A stretch of DNA of 64,000 bases, taken from the NCBI GenBank assembly GCA_964354155.1, contig CAYGYG010000001.1, positions 139,121 to 203,120 of the forward strand, given 5' to 3'. Source of the stretch: an uncultured bacterium (GTDB lineage: Bacteria > Hydrothermota > Tepidihabitantia > SM23-42 > CAYGYG01). Below the pieces are notes generated by a model. The model worked only from the letters and a program-made list of their open reading frames with translations, did not search any database and was not told the DNA's origin. The first letter of the stretch is position 1, and each line of letters opens with the position of its first letter. Below are positions 10,426 through 20,100 of this stretch, in pieces. The translations under genes were made by a program, and so were the position numbers.

Positions 10426-11268
10426 ATGAAAGCATTCGAATGGCTTTTCAAGATTGACCGTCGGATCATCTTTCTGATCCTGGCCGCAGTCGTGATCCTG
10501 CCCTTGCTGGTCCCACTCAACCTGGGCGTGAAGATATCTCAGCCGGTCAAGGACTTGTTTGACGAGATCGACCGTCTTGAACCACGGAGCAAGCCGCTGA
10601 TGATTTCGGTCGATTTTGACCCTAACTCGATGCCCGAATTGTACCCGATGTATTTGGCGGTTCTGCGTCATGCCTTTGCCCGGAATATCAAAGTTGTGAT
10701 TCTGGGGCTCTGGTTGACCGGCATCAACATCGGCGAGGAAGGTTTGCGCGAGGTGTCGGCCGACTTCAAAAAGGTCAACGGACAGGATTACGTGTTCCTG
10801 GGTTGGAAGGCCGGGATCGCGGCCGTAATCCTGGGGATGGGCGAGAGCATAGAGCGGGTTTTCCCGGCCGACTATTACAACACGCCGCTCGATTCGCTTC
10901 CGCTGATGAGAGATGTCCGGAACTACTCGGACATCCCGTTTTTCGTCTCGCTGTCCGCGGGCGACCCCGGCTACCGGCAGTGGGTCACCTATGCCGGGTC
11001 CAGCTACAGCCTGCGTATCGGGGCGGGCGTCACGGCCGTTTCGGGCGCTGATGCCTATCCGTACCTTCAGACCGGTCAATTGGTCGGATTGCTGGCCGGC
11101 ATGAAGGGCGGCGCCGAATACGAGAATCTCCTCGGCAAGGCGGGTTACTACACGGGAGCTCAGATTGCGACCAAGGCGATGGATTCCCAGTCTCTGGCTC
11201 ACCTGGCTATCATGATCCTGGTGATCCTCGGCAATGTCGGGTTTCTGTTGGCAAGGAGGAAGAAATGA
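10426..11268 (+). CDS. bitopic membrane protein with large extracytoplasmic domain and C-terminal TM anchor, unknown function
   Basis: N-terminal TM helix (IIFLILAAVVILPLLV) and C-terminal TM helix (LAIMILVILGNVGFLL). Its start lies 2 nt after the upstream stop. Confidence 0.6.
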   Translation: MKAFEWLFKIDRRIIFLILAAVVILPLLVPLNLGVKISQPVKDLFDEIDRLEPRSKPLMISVDFDPNSMPELYPMYLAVLRHAFARNIKVVILGLWLTGINIGEEGLREVSADFKKVNGQDYVFLGWKAGIAAVILGMGESIERVFPADYYNTPLDSLPLMRDVRNYSDIPFFVSLSAGDPGYRQWVTYAGSSYSLRIGAGVTAVSGADAYPYLQTGQLVGLLAGMKGGAEYENLLGKAGYYTGAQIATKAMDSQSLAHLAIMILVILGNVGFLLARRKK

Positions 11269-11894
11269 CGGTATTCTGGACCTGGGTTGGTGCGCTGTTG
11301 ACACTCTGCATATTCTCCTTCCTGTACAAGGATAACCCGTTCTACAAGTTCGCCGAGCACCTTTTTGTCGGTATTTCGCTCGGCTACAGCATCGCCGTGA
11401 CGTGGCATAACGCGGTCTTCCCCGAGCTCTACGTGCCCTTGTTCCGGGACTTCCACCTTGCCAATCTGCGGCTGCTCATACCGTTCATACTGGGGCTCAT
11501 GTACCTTACGCGGTTTATCCCGAAGCTGTCGTGGATGTTCAAGCTGCCGATTGCGTTTCTGCTTGGCCTGTTCTCAGGCGCGGCGATCCCCCGCGAGTTC
11601 CAGGCCAATATCATAAAACAGATTCAAGGAAGTCTGCTGACGGCCGACTCATTCGCGAGATGGGATATTGCCCTTTTTGCGATAGTCGGGTTTGTCGGGG
11701 TTCTCTGTTCGCTTCTCTACTTCTTCTTCTCGCGCGAACGGAAGGGCATCCTGAAGCCGGCGTCGGAGATCGGCATTGTCTTCCTGATGGTTGGATTCGG
11801 CGCTTCGTTCGGCTATACGGTGATGGCGCGCGTCAGCCTGCTGATCGGCCGGGTACAGTTTCTGCTGGGTGACTGGCTGCATATCATCAAGTAG
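11265..11894 (+). CDS. multipass integral membrane protein, unknown function
   Basis: ATGA overlap with the upstream gene. About 6 TM helices. Confidence 0.6.
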   Translation: MTVFWTWVGALLTLCIFSFLYKDNPFYKFAEHLFVGISLGYSIAVTWHNAVFPELYVPLFRDFHLANLRLLIPFILGLMYLTRFIPKLSWMFKLPIAFLLGLFSGAAIPREFQANIIKQIQGSLLTADSFARWDIALFAIVGFVGVLCSLLYFFFSRERKGILKPASEIGIVFLMVGFGASFGYTVMARVSLLIGRVQFLLGDWLHIIK

Positions 11895-12379
11895 GGGGTC
11901 AGGCCGTTCTGGCGCAAAGTGACCGAGTCGCCCTAGAAGCCTTGCTCCGTATGCCGTAGGGGCAATTCACGTTGAAAATCCCGGCCTGAGGGAAATTGCC
12001 CTTCTCTTGGGCGGTTCTTGTTGAAAATCCCCACCGAGACAAAACGCCCCTACATAATCCTTTGCCGATGAGCCTATTGATCTCGGCATTGATTCGTTTA
12101 CAGAAGTGAATAGAATCCAAATGCTTCTCCCTACGGCACGCCTGTGTCCCCCCACGGGGCCTTAGGCCGGAGGGAGACACAGAGGTGACTTCGTTCAAGA
12201 TGACAAGCAGGAGTGTCATTCTGAGTCCCGCTTTGCGGGACGAAGAATCTCAATTAGAGCCTTAGGCCGTCGTCAGACATAGGATCAACGATACTAACGT
12301 TATAGCGATCATAAGGTCTGTCATCACTGTAATCTGCCGTTCTATCGTCCTAATCTATGTGCCTCTGGCACAAAGAAAA

Positions 12380-12405
12380 GGGTAGAAGAGAGATCTCTTC
12401 TACCC
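12380..12405. terminator. bidirectional intrinsic terminator (perfect 26-nt palindrome flanked by A-run and T-run)
   Basis: gggtagaagagaGAtctcttctaccc with aaaag upstream and tgattctttt downstream. It sits 22 nt past the stop of the convergent minus-strand lipoprotein gene. Confidence 0.7.
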
Positions 12406-12427
12406 TGATTCTTTTGGTCGAGCGTCT

Positions 12428-13027
12428 TTACTTAATGTCGGACGAGGTCAGTACAACATCAGCAATAGTCTTTATTCCAACTACCGTATTCTCAGAATGC
12501 GTGTGAACACTGCCAACACCTTTGGCAAGCCATGAATAGGAAATGAAGCCGGCGATGTTGTATTCGACCTTCCAGGCTGTGTAGTCGCCCGCCTCAACGG
12601 TGACGTCCTCTTCGGCAATCACCTTGGCGGTGACGCCGCTGTCCGGGTGCCAGGTTTTGCCGGCTTCAAGCGGCAGCGCCAGCACCGTGTCCGGCTTGGT
12701 GTCGTCAAGCTTGGCGTACGAGAGAATGTAGTCGCCGGCGTCAAGCAGATAGTAGGTGCTGGTTGATGAGGTCGTCTGGCCGGTTGATTTGATGGTCGTG
12801 TTTGTGGTGGAGGAGAATTGGACGACGTCTTCGCCGCTGGTCAACTTGGCTTCGGCCTTTGCCTCGGTCTTTGAAGTGCTGGTGGTTACGATCGTCGTAT
12901 CGGTTTTGGTATAGCCCGCGTAGTTCCACACGCTGCCTACCGCCATTGGCGAATAGTCAGCTCCGCCGCCGAAGATACCACAGCTGACAAACATCAAGAT
13001 CGGCAAAGCTAAGAGTAGTTTTTTCAT
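12428..13027 (-). CDS. lipoprotein, Thr/Ser-rich, unknown function
   Basis: MKKLLLALPILMFVSCG is a signal peptide plus lipobox. An ORF extension to 13057 is possible. Confidence 0.55.
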   Translation of the reverse strand: MKKLLLALPILMFVSCGIFGGGADYSPMAVGSVWNYAGYTKTDTTIVTTSTSKTEAKAEAKLTSGEDVVQFSSTTNTTIKSTGQTTSSTSTYYLLDAGDYILSYAKLDDTKPDTVLALPLEAGKTWHPDSGVTAKVIAEEDVTVEAGDYTAWKVEYNIAGFISYSWLAKGVGSVHTHSENTVVGIKTIADVVLTSSDIK

Positions 13028-13272
13028 TTTTCTTGTCACCTTTTCGGTCTGGTTCAATCATCTTGACCCGTTTGCTGCTATCTGGAATCGGGCCGCATAA
13101 AGGGCATGGCACCCTGGACAGGATAGTCGGTGCTGTGCATGTTTCCGCAGGGAGGTTCCTTGTTGAGCCGAGGAACAGGTGCCAATCATATTCCGGAAGA
13201 TGTAGTTAATTGGCAATTATAGCGGGAATCCTCGAAATGTCAAGTGTCCGGATATTCTCTAGCCGTTTCAGG

Positions 13273-13728
13273 TCAGGCCTGGGCCCCGGACTGAGGCCGA
13301 GCCGGGTCAGGATACTTCTGCTTAACAAAGTCGTTTATCTTGTCCCGCAGGTCGCCTTCAGATGGGAGGTAGAGAAAGAGGCCCCGGAAGTTGTTGAGGA
13401 AAGTCCGTTTGGCAAAAGGGCTCAGCAGGATACCGTTCTTGCCGGAATAATAGCGGCGGAATTCCTTGAATTCCCGCCGGTTCGTGTAGTAGAGCTTCTT
13501 GATGGTGACGCTATCCTGATCGAGTACATATACGGTCGGGAGAAAGAACGAATTGAGCGAGGCGAATAGAAAGAGAAGACCGAGGACGACCCAGAAGGCA
13601 CCGTAGAAGATCTGAATTAAGGTCAGAAAGAATACGATTATCGCCAGAGAAATTACCGTCTTGATCGGTGCGTACCGAGCCGGATGAAACGTCCAGGTTA
13701 TCGGGGCGGCCGACGGGATATCATTCAC
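13273..13728 (-). CDS. small membrane protein (2 TM helices plus a soluble domain), unknown
   Basis: The ORF has hydrophobic helices IKTVISLAIIVFFLTLIQIFYGAFWVVLGLLFLFASL. The overlapping plus-strand ORF 13210-13569 lacks features and was rejected. Confidence 0.5.
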   Translation of the reverse strand: MNDIPSAAPITWTFHPARYAPIKTVISLAIIVFFLTLIQIFYGAFWVVLGLLFLFASLNSFFLPTVYVLDQDSVTIKKLYYTNRREFKEFRRYYSGKNGILLSPFAKRTFLNNFRGLFLYLPSEGDLRDKINDFVKQKYPDPARPQSGAQA

Positions 13729-13855
13729 AATACCGCCGCGTCGTTTCCAATTTCAAGTCCCCGCCTGCCGAGTACACTGTGCAAGAAAAGACGGGTTGCC
13801 TGATGTGATCAGTTGAAACCAGCATTTTGATATTTGATTATTGATATGGATAAAA

Positions 13856-13929
13856 TGGGCCCGATCCGACTTGAACGGATGACCAGCTGATTATGAGTCA
13901 GCTGCTCTAACCAACTGAGCTACGGGCCC
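13856..13929 (-). tRNA. tRNA-Met (anticodon CAT; could alternatively be tRNA-Ile2 if C34 is lysidinylated)
   Basis: The reverse complement GGGCCCGTAGCTCAGTTGGTTAGAGCAGCTGACTCATAATCAGCTGGTCATCCGTTCAAGTCGGATCGGGCCCA folds as a cloverleaf (7-bp acceptor, D-loop AGTTGGTTA, anticodon loop CTCATAA, T-arm GTTCAAGTC). Confidence 0.85.
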
Positions 13930-14054
13930 AAAGATGCGCCAAAGGCCGCCGGAAACCGACGGTACTAAACAATCGAACAGCGTCAATATAATCGTAACGG
14001 CTGAGTTGTCAAGGGCGCGATTCGCCCTCGGGCCTTCATGGTCCGAGCTTCTTC

Positions 14055-14082
14055 TTGACATGAACTGCTTTCCGTATATGAT
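14055..14082 (+). promoter_or_regulatory. sigma70-like promoter (TTGACA-16-TATGAT) for the lipoprotein/DUF362/polyferredoxin operon
   Basis: ttgaca at 14055-14060 and tatgat at 14077-14082, immediately downstream of the divergent tRNA. Confidence 0.5.
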
Positions 14083-14089
14083 ACTGCCT

Positions 14090-14647
14090 ATGAAAAAGCT
14101 AATGCTAATTTCCATTATTTTCGCGCTTTGTTTCGTTGCCTGCCGCAAGGATGACGATGATGGGCCGCCGCCACCACCGCCGCCGGCTCAGAAGAACGCA
14201 ATCGACCTGCTCCCCAAGGATAACGAAATCAGCGGCTGGACCAAGAGCGAAGCGGTCAGGATTGCCGGCACTCCCGATGAATTGACCGCGATCATCGACG
14301 GCGAGGCCGTTCCCTACATCAACAACAACTTCAAAGATGCGGTTTTCCAGAAGTACCAGGGAGTCATTGGTTCAAACACTATAACTCTGGAGGTTCGCAT
14401 CTTCGACATGCGCGACACGGCCAATACCCGGAAGGTCTACCAAGATGTCGCCGCGGGTGGCGAACAACCCTGGAATAACCATCCCGGCGTTGAAGGCCGT
14501 ATCAATGACAGTTTCCTGTTCGACTACATGGTCGAATTCTGGGAAGCCAAGTTCTACACGCGCATTTTCATTCAAGAGAGGAGTGCGGCGGCGCTGGACA
14601 TTGCCAAGACTTTCGGCCTCAACATCTCGGCGGCAATCAAAGAGTAG
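14090..14647 (+). CDS. lipoprotein with poly-Pro linker, unknown function
   Basis: MKKLMLISIIFALCFVAC lipobox followed by RKDDDDGPPPPPPPAQ. The supplied ORF starts at 13934, but the signal peptide begins at 14090. Confidence 0.6.
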   Translation: MKKLMLISIIFALCFVACRKDDDDGPPPPPPPAQKNAIDLLPKDNEISGWTKSEAVRIAGTPDELTAIIDGEAVPYINNNFKDAVFQKYQGVIGSNTITLEVRIFDMRDTANTRKVYQDVAAGGEQPWNNHPGVEGRINDSFLFDYMVEFWEAKFYTRIFIQERSAAALDIAKTFGLNISAAIKE

Positions 14648-14653
14648 TCTCGT

Positions 14654-15577
14654 ATGAAGAATATCTCGCGCCGCGATTTTTTGAGACAGGCGATGGCGGC
14701 GGCCTTATCCGCCGCCCTTCTGCACAACGGCCGTGGTCTTTTTGCCCAGGAACCGGAGACGATGGACCTGGTGGTCGCAAAAGGAGACAAGGTTAAGGCG
14801 CTGAAAAAGGCCCTTGAGGCCTACGGCGGTATCGGCCGGTTCGTCAAGCCCCAAGATCGGGTCCTAATCAAACCCAACATCTCTTTTGCGAGCCCGCCGG
14901 AGTGGGGCGCAACCACGAGTCCGGAGCTGATCGTCGAGGTCGCTCGGGCTTGCCTTGAGGCCGGGGCCAAAAAAGTTATTATCGCTGACTACCCGCTGAG
15001 TGCTGCCGAGGTCTGTTATGCAAAGTGCGGACTCAAAAAGGCGATGGAGCAACTCCCACAAGTCGATGTTGTACTGTTGACCCAGGAGCGATTCTTTGTC
15101 GAGACCGAGGTGCCGCAAGGACTGGTCCTCAAGTCGACCAGGCTGGCCCGGGAGCTCTCCAAGAGCGATGTCCTGATCAGCATGCCCACGGCCAAGTCGC
15201 ATTCGGCTACCGGCGTGAGTCTGGGCTTGAAGGGCCTGATGGGTCTGATCTGGGACCGCGGTTACTTCCATCAGGATGTTGACCTAAATCAGGCGGTCGC
15301 GGACCTGGCCACAATTGTCAAACCAAACCTGGTGATCATGGATGCCTCGCGGCCACTGACATCGGGCGGCCCCGGTGGTCCGGGTGTGGTCAAGGAGCTG
15401 AACAAGGTGATTGTCGGTGTTGATCCGGTGGCGGTCGATTCCTATACGGTCGGTCTCGTCAAGTGGTATAACAAAGTGTTCGCCGGCAAGAACGTTAAGC
15501 ACATCGCCTTAGCCGCCAAGATGGGCTTGGGGGAGATTGATGTTACGAAACTGAAGATAAAGGAGCTCCTGGCCTAG
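14654..15577 (+). CDS. Tat-exported DUF362 domain protein
   Basis: Twin-arginine motif SRRDFLRQAMAAALSAALL. The body shows DUF362-type alpha/beta blocks (VLIKPNISFASPPEWGATTSPELIVEVARACLEAGAKKVIIAD). Confidence 0.7.
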   Translation: MKNISRRDFLRQAMAAALSAALLHNGRGLFAQEPETMDLVVAKGDKVKALKKALEAYGGIGRFVKPQDRVLIKPNISFASPPEWGATTSPELIVEVARACLEAGAKKVIIADYPLSAAEVCYAKCGLKKAMEQLPQVDVVLLTQERFFVETEVPQGLVLKSTRLARELSKSDVLISMPTAKSHSATGVSLGLKGLMGLIWDRGYFHQDVDLNQAVADLATIVKPNLVIMDASRPLTSGGPGGPGVVKELNKVIVGVDPVAVDSYTVGLVKWYNKVFAGKNVKHIALAAKMGLGEIDVTKLKIKELLA

Positions 15578-15612
15578 TATCCGGCCTTGCCGGGGCCTGC
15601 GCCGGAACCAGC

Positions 15613-17124
15613 ATGCCAAAGCGAACCCCATCTACGATGGCGAAGTGGCTCAAGGCAACGCGTATTGCCTCGCAGATCCTTTTCCTGGTTCTATTCGTCT
15701 ACCTTTTCAGGGCCTCGGCCAGCGTCGCCCGCCCGCTGTTCACCAATCCTTTCTTTCAGTCCGACCCATTGCTCTTTATCGCGACCTCGCTAGCCAACCG
15801 CAGTCTGCTTCCGTTCTTGCTGCCCTTGCTTTTCATGCTCGCGACGGCTGTCCTGGGCCGCGTTTTCTGCGGTTTTGTCTGCCCGCTCGGTTCGCTGATT
15901 GACGGTTTTGACGCTGTGGTCGGCCGGATAAAATACCGCAAGCTGGACTTCAGATTCCTCAAATACTATCTGCTTTTCTTTCTCCTTGTGCTGGCGCTGT
16001 TGGGCAGTACCTTGGTTTTCTTCTTTGACCCGATAGTCATCACCGGGCGCAGTTTTGTTGGTGTCATTCGGCCGGTTGTGTCCTTGCTGACCGGCAGTCC
16101 AGTCATGCACAACGGCATCATTTTCTTTGCTATCATGGCCGGAATTTTGATGTTTGGTTTCATTCAAAAGCGTTTCTGGTGTCGCAATCTATGCCCGCTG
16201 GGCGCACTGCTCGGGCTGGTCGGTCGTTTTTCCCTGCTGCGATACCGACTCGATGATGACTGCAAAGAATGCAGTCTCTGTGCCCGGCTCTGCCCGACCC
16301 AGGCGATTGACTCGGACGAGCGGGTGATAACCAGCAGCGAGTGTATCCGGTGCATGAATTGCCTGGGCGATTGTCCCGAAAAGAAGATCCACATTGGTTT
16401 CGGCGTAGGTCCGCTTCCCGGTCCGGGTCCGGATCTGAGCCGGCGTGGTTTCTTGGCCTCAGTCGGTTTAGGTATCATTGCCGCGCCCTTGCTCAAGACC
16501 GATTTTTTGACCAAGATCAACCTAGGCAAAGTGATTCGTCCGCCGGGAGCGATTCCCGAAAGCCTCTTTCTTAATGCCTGTGTACGCTGCGGCGAATGTG
16601 TGAAAGTTTGTCCGACCCGAGGCTTGCAGCCGGTCATGTTTCAAGGTGGCCTTGCTGGCCTGTTTGCGCCACGGTTGGAGGCACGGATCGGAGGGTGTGA
16701 GCGGAACTGCAACGGTTGCGGGCAGGTCTGCCCGACCGGGGCGATCCGCAAGCTGTCGCTTGACGAGAAGAGCTACGTGAAGATGGGCACGGCCGTGATT
16801 CATAAAGAGATGTGCCTGGCCTGGGAGCAAGACAAGGTGTGCCTGATCTGTGATGAGGCCTGTCCGTATAATGCGATCACTTCGCGGCTGGCCGAGGCAG
16901 CGGGCAGCCGTTTGTTAAGACCTTTCATAGACGAAGAGTTATGCACCGGCTGCGGCATCTGCGAGTCGCGGTGCCCGATCGCCGGTCCTTCGGCGATTGA
17001 AATCTTGCCGATCGGTGAAGAGCGGTTGAGTAAGGGTTCATACATGACGGCGCGAAAGAGGGAGCTTCGAGAACAGCTGGAGCGGGGCACCAATGAAGAT
17101 ATTCCTTCAGGGTTCATTGAATGA
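15613..17124 (+). CDS. membrane-bound polyferredoxin, NapH/MauN-like (two CxxCP membrane-domain motifs plus several 4Fe-4S CxxCxxCxxxCP clusters)
   Basis: CGFVCPLGSLID and CRNLCPLGALLG lie within the TM region. Downstream clusters: CKECSLCARLCP, CIRCMNCLGDCP, CVRCGECVKVCP, CNGCGQVCP, CLICDEACP, CTGCGICESRCP. Confidence 0.8.
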   Translation: MPKRTPSTMAKWLKATRIASQILFLVLFVYLFRASASVARPLFTNPFFQSDPLLFIATSLANRSLLPFLLPLLFMLATAVLGRVFCGFVCPLGSLIDGFDAVVGRIKYRKLDFRFLKYYLLFFLLVLALLGSTLVFFFDPIVITGRSFVGVIRPVVSLLTGSPVMHNGIIFFAIMAGILMFGFIQKRFWCRNLCPLGALLGLVGRFSLLRYRLDDDCKECSLCARLCPTQAIDSDERVITSSECIRCMNCLGDCPEKKIHIGFGVGPLPGPGPDLSRRGFLASVGLGIIAAPLLKTDFLTKINLGKVIRPPGAIPESLFLNACVRCGECVKVCPTRGLQPVMFQGGLAGLFAPRLEARIGGCERNCNGCGQVCPTGAIRKLSLDEKSYVKMGTAVIHKEMCLAWEQDKVCLICDEACPYNAITSRLAEAAGSRLLRPFIDEELCTGCGICESRCPIAGPSAIEILPIGEERLSKGSYMTARKRELREQLERGTNEDIPSGFIE

Positions 17125-17180
17125 GAAGAACCTCTAAGGCGGCCAATGGCTGAAGCGTACATCAAGACCAGGCAGGCCGG

Positions 17181-20100
17181 GTGACCCTCTTTCTTGTCTT
17201 GACGCTTCTTGCCGAGAGCGGCAAGGCCCTGGAAGGCCGGCCGATGGCTCTGTCAGCCGAGGGATACATCTTTATGACAACCCCGTCCGGCGTCTATCGC
17301 TTCGACAAGAACGCGCTGGAATGGTCGGTCCTTACCGTCAAAAACGGCCTGCCTCAAAACCTGGTTACGACCCTGGGGGTCGATGAAGGCTTGTTGTGGG
17401 TGGGCACCGATTCTGGTCTGGCCGTGGCCGACTTGAAACTGCTCAATTTCCGCGTCGTGGACACCTCGACCATTGGCGGCATCGGCTTTGATGCCGACTA
17501 TGTCTATGCCGGCGGTCCGGCCGGGATTCTGCGTTACGACAAGTATAAAGACCAACTGGAACTATTCGAGACCGGCGCCGCGGTTCGTGATCTAGTTCTG
17601 GTTGAAGACCGGATCTTCGCCGCGACTGATTCGGGTCTCGTCGTCTTCAACACGCGATACGAGAAGACGGAGGCCACTCCCTACGAAATAAGCGAGCCGC
17701 TCAAACATATCGTTACCACGAACTTCAGTCTGTTTTTTCTTGGTAACCAGAACTGCTATCAGTATCACAAGACGACCCGGGGCTGGCGCCGATTTGATGG
17801 GTTCAAGGCGAACGACTATGCGGTGCGCGGCGATTCGGTTTGGGTGGCGACGGACGACGAGGTGATGATATATGATGATGTCCTTGGTGGCTGGTCGCGG
17901 TATCGACAGGAAGAGTGGCTACCGGCACCGAGAATCACGGCACTCTCGGTAACCGCCGGCTATCTAGTTTTCGGCAGTGAACAAGGGATTATCGTGGTCG
18001 ACAACAAGAACCGAACTTGGAAGAAGTATAACCTGGCCAACGGTCTGGTTGAAGAAAGCGTGCTGAGAATCGTTGAAGAAGGGGGCGAGATTTACCTGCT
18101 TTCTCCGGGTTGGCTGCAAAGGTTTGACCGCAAAGGAGACTGGAAGCGTCTGAAGATCGAAGGTCTCCAGGTTGCCAAAGAAGGGCTTTTCACGGTCGAT
18201 GAGGCGGGCGGCCATATCAACCTGTCGAACGATGTCAAGGCGACCCTGCAGGGTCGCATCTCCGGTCAGTATGAGATGCAGGACACGATGGTTCTGAAGA
18301 GCGAGACCATCGACAGCCGGTTCATGCTTGGTCGAACCGGCGGACGGTTGCTGGCGGCTTACTACGACGATACGGAAAAACAGAGAAAACTCTATGGCGC
18401 GGTTTACCAGGATCCCAAAGGAATCGTTGCGCGGGCCAGCGCCGGCAAGCTCCGGTCCGAATTCTACAAATCGGGCCTGATCCCGCCCGGTTCCTATCTG
18501 GGCGGCAGCGGACGTCTGGAGACAAAGGTTGCGGCGCTGACCATGGCCGGGGGCGCAAAGCGTTCGGCCTTCACCGCCGACTATTTTACTGGAAACAGCA
18601 CCAACCGATTGCTGTCCATCGAGGACATCGCCTACCTCAAGAACGTATTTTTCGCGGTCGACACGATCGACCCACAGATCGATTTCGAGAGCGAATCGTT
18701 GTTCGTCGACAACCGGGTTGCTCTCGACAACGACGAGAACACGCGGCTTGGCCAGCGGATTGCCGGATTGGTCGGCGATTTCGACCCACGACACCGCGGC
18801 ATTGACTACGCGGTCGACTATGCCCGGGGAATGATTCGGTTTCTAACCCCACTTGCCGATTCGGCGGTTGTAGTCATCAAGTTCAGTGGCGGACAGGAAG
18901 CAGTGCTGCAGGGGCGGGGCCAGGACAGTCTGGAATTGAAGAATCATTACCAGCTCGGGGCCATCGAGATACTGCCCCGCAGTCTTTCAATCCGTATCTT
19001 CGACACAACCAATGTCGAATACCCCCTGGACCGATTTGGACTCGACAATAACCGTGACGGTGCGGTCGACGACGAGTACGTCAACTACTTCAACGGCATA
19101 CTACGTTTCCCCGCGCGGCGGCCTTTCCCGGATACCGTGTACCAGTCAACCCCGGCCAGCTGTTACCGGATGATGATTTCCTACCGGTCAAAGATGTCGA
19201 CTTACCAGCTGTCACAGGCACCGGTGGTTACTAACAGCGAGGAGGTGATTCTGGATGGGGTGAGTGTACGCCGCGGCATCGACTACATCATCGACTACAG
19301 TACCGGCAATGTCGTTTTTCTGGAGAAAGGTCGCGTGTTGACTAAGAGTGAGATCGAAGTTCGCTACGAGTATGAGTATCCGGAAGGTGGGACCAGTTCG
19401 GATACCGCGGTTCTGGGCGGACAGCTGGCCGTGGCGCCCGGCGGCGGATTTGAGTTTGTTCCCGGCTTCTATCGTTCGGGCGAACAGCAGGTGGCCAATG
19501 TTGTTTCGGAGTGGGAGCTAAAGCGGCCTGCGCTTGGCCTGAGGCTTGTGCCCGAGATCGGTATCAATGCGGACGATTCCCGGGCAAAGGGGGGCCGAGT
19601 TTCCGCGTTCGGCAGCTTGAGGCGCTTGCGGCTCAATTCCATCGTCGAGACGTACGAACCTGCCTTCAAGGCATTTGGGCGACGCACGAGTCGGTACGGC
19701 GAACTGACCTCGCGGTATTACCTGTACAGCAAGTACGAATTCTCGGATTTCGTTGCCGTCGATGGTTCTTATGATCGGCGCCAGGCTGAAGATACGGTCG
19801 CCGGCTCTCAGTTCGACCGCGAGACCGGCGTCGGTGGAGTGTACTTCAATCTCCCCAGCCTGCCGGTTCTGACCCTGGGCGGCGGGCAGCGCACGTACTC
19901 CGGTGACCTGCCCCAACCCCAGGAGAAACGCTACTCTGGGCACGCCAGTATTGACTATAGCGTACCCCCCGGCGTTGCACGGCGGGCACGCTTGAGCAAT
20001 CTGAAACTGGGCGGGTCGTTCTCGGCCGAGATGATCACCGAACCTGGCGAGATGGATCTTTGGGAGGAGAACCGGATTCTCAGTGCCTCGTCCACGCTTC

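Noticed and set aside
10384-11304. 306-aa minus-strand ORF antisense to the membrane-protein operon
   Set aside because: Arg/Gln/His-rich translation. The plus-strand frames give coherent hydrophobic helices with RBSs and coupled junctions.
17964-18794. 276-aa minus-strand ORF inside the 1304-aa gene
   Set aside because: Antisense artefact of a GC-rich gene with no supporting start or RBS. The plus frame is continuous with propeller repeats.
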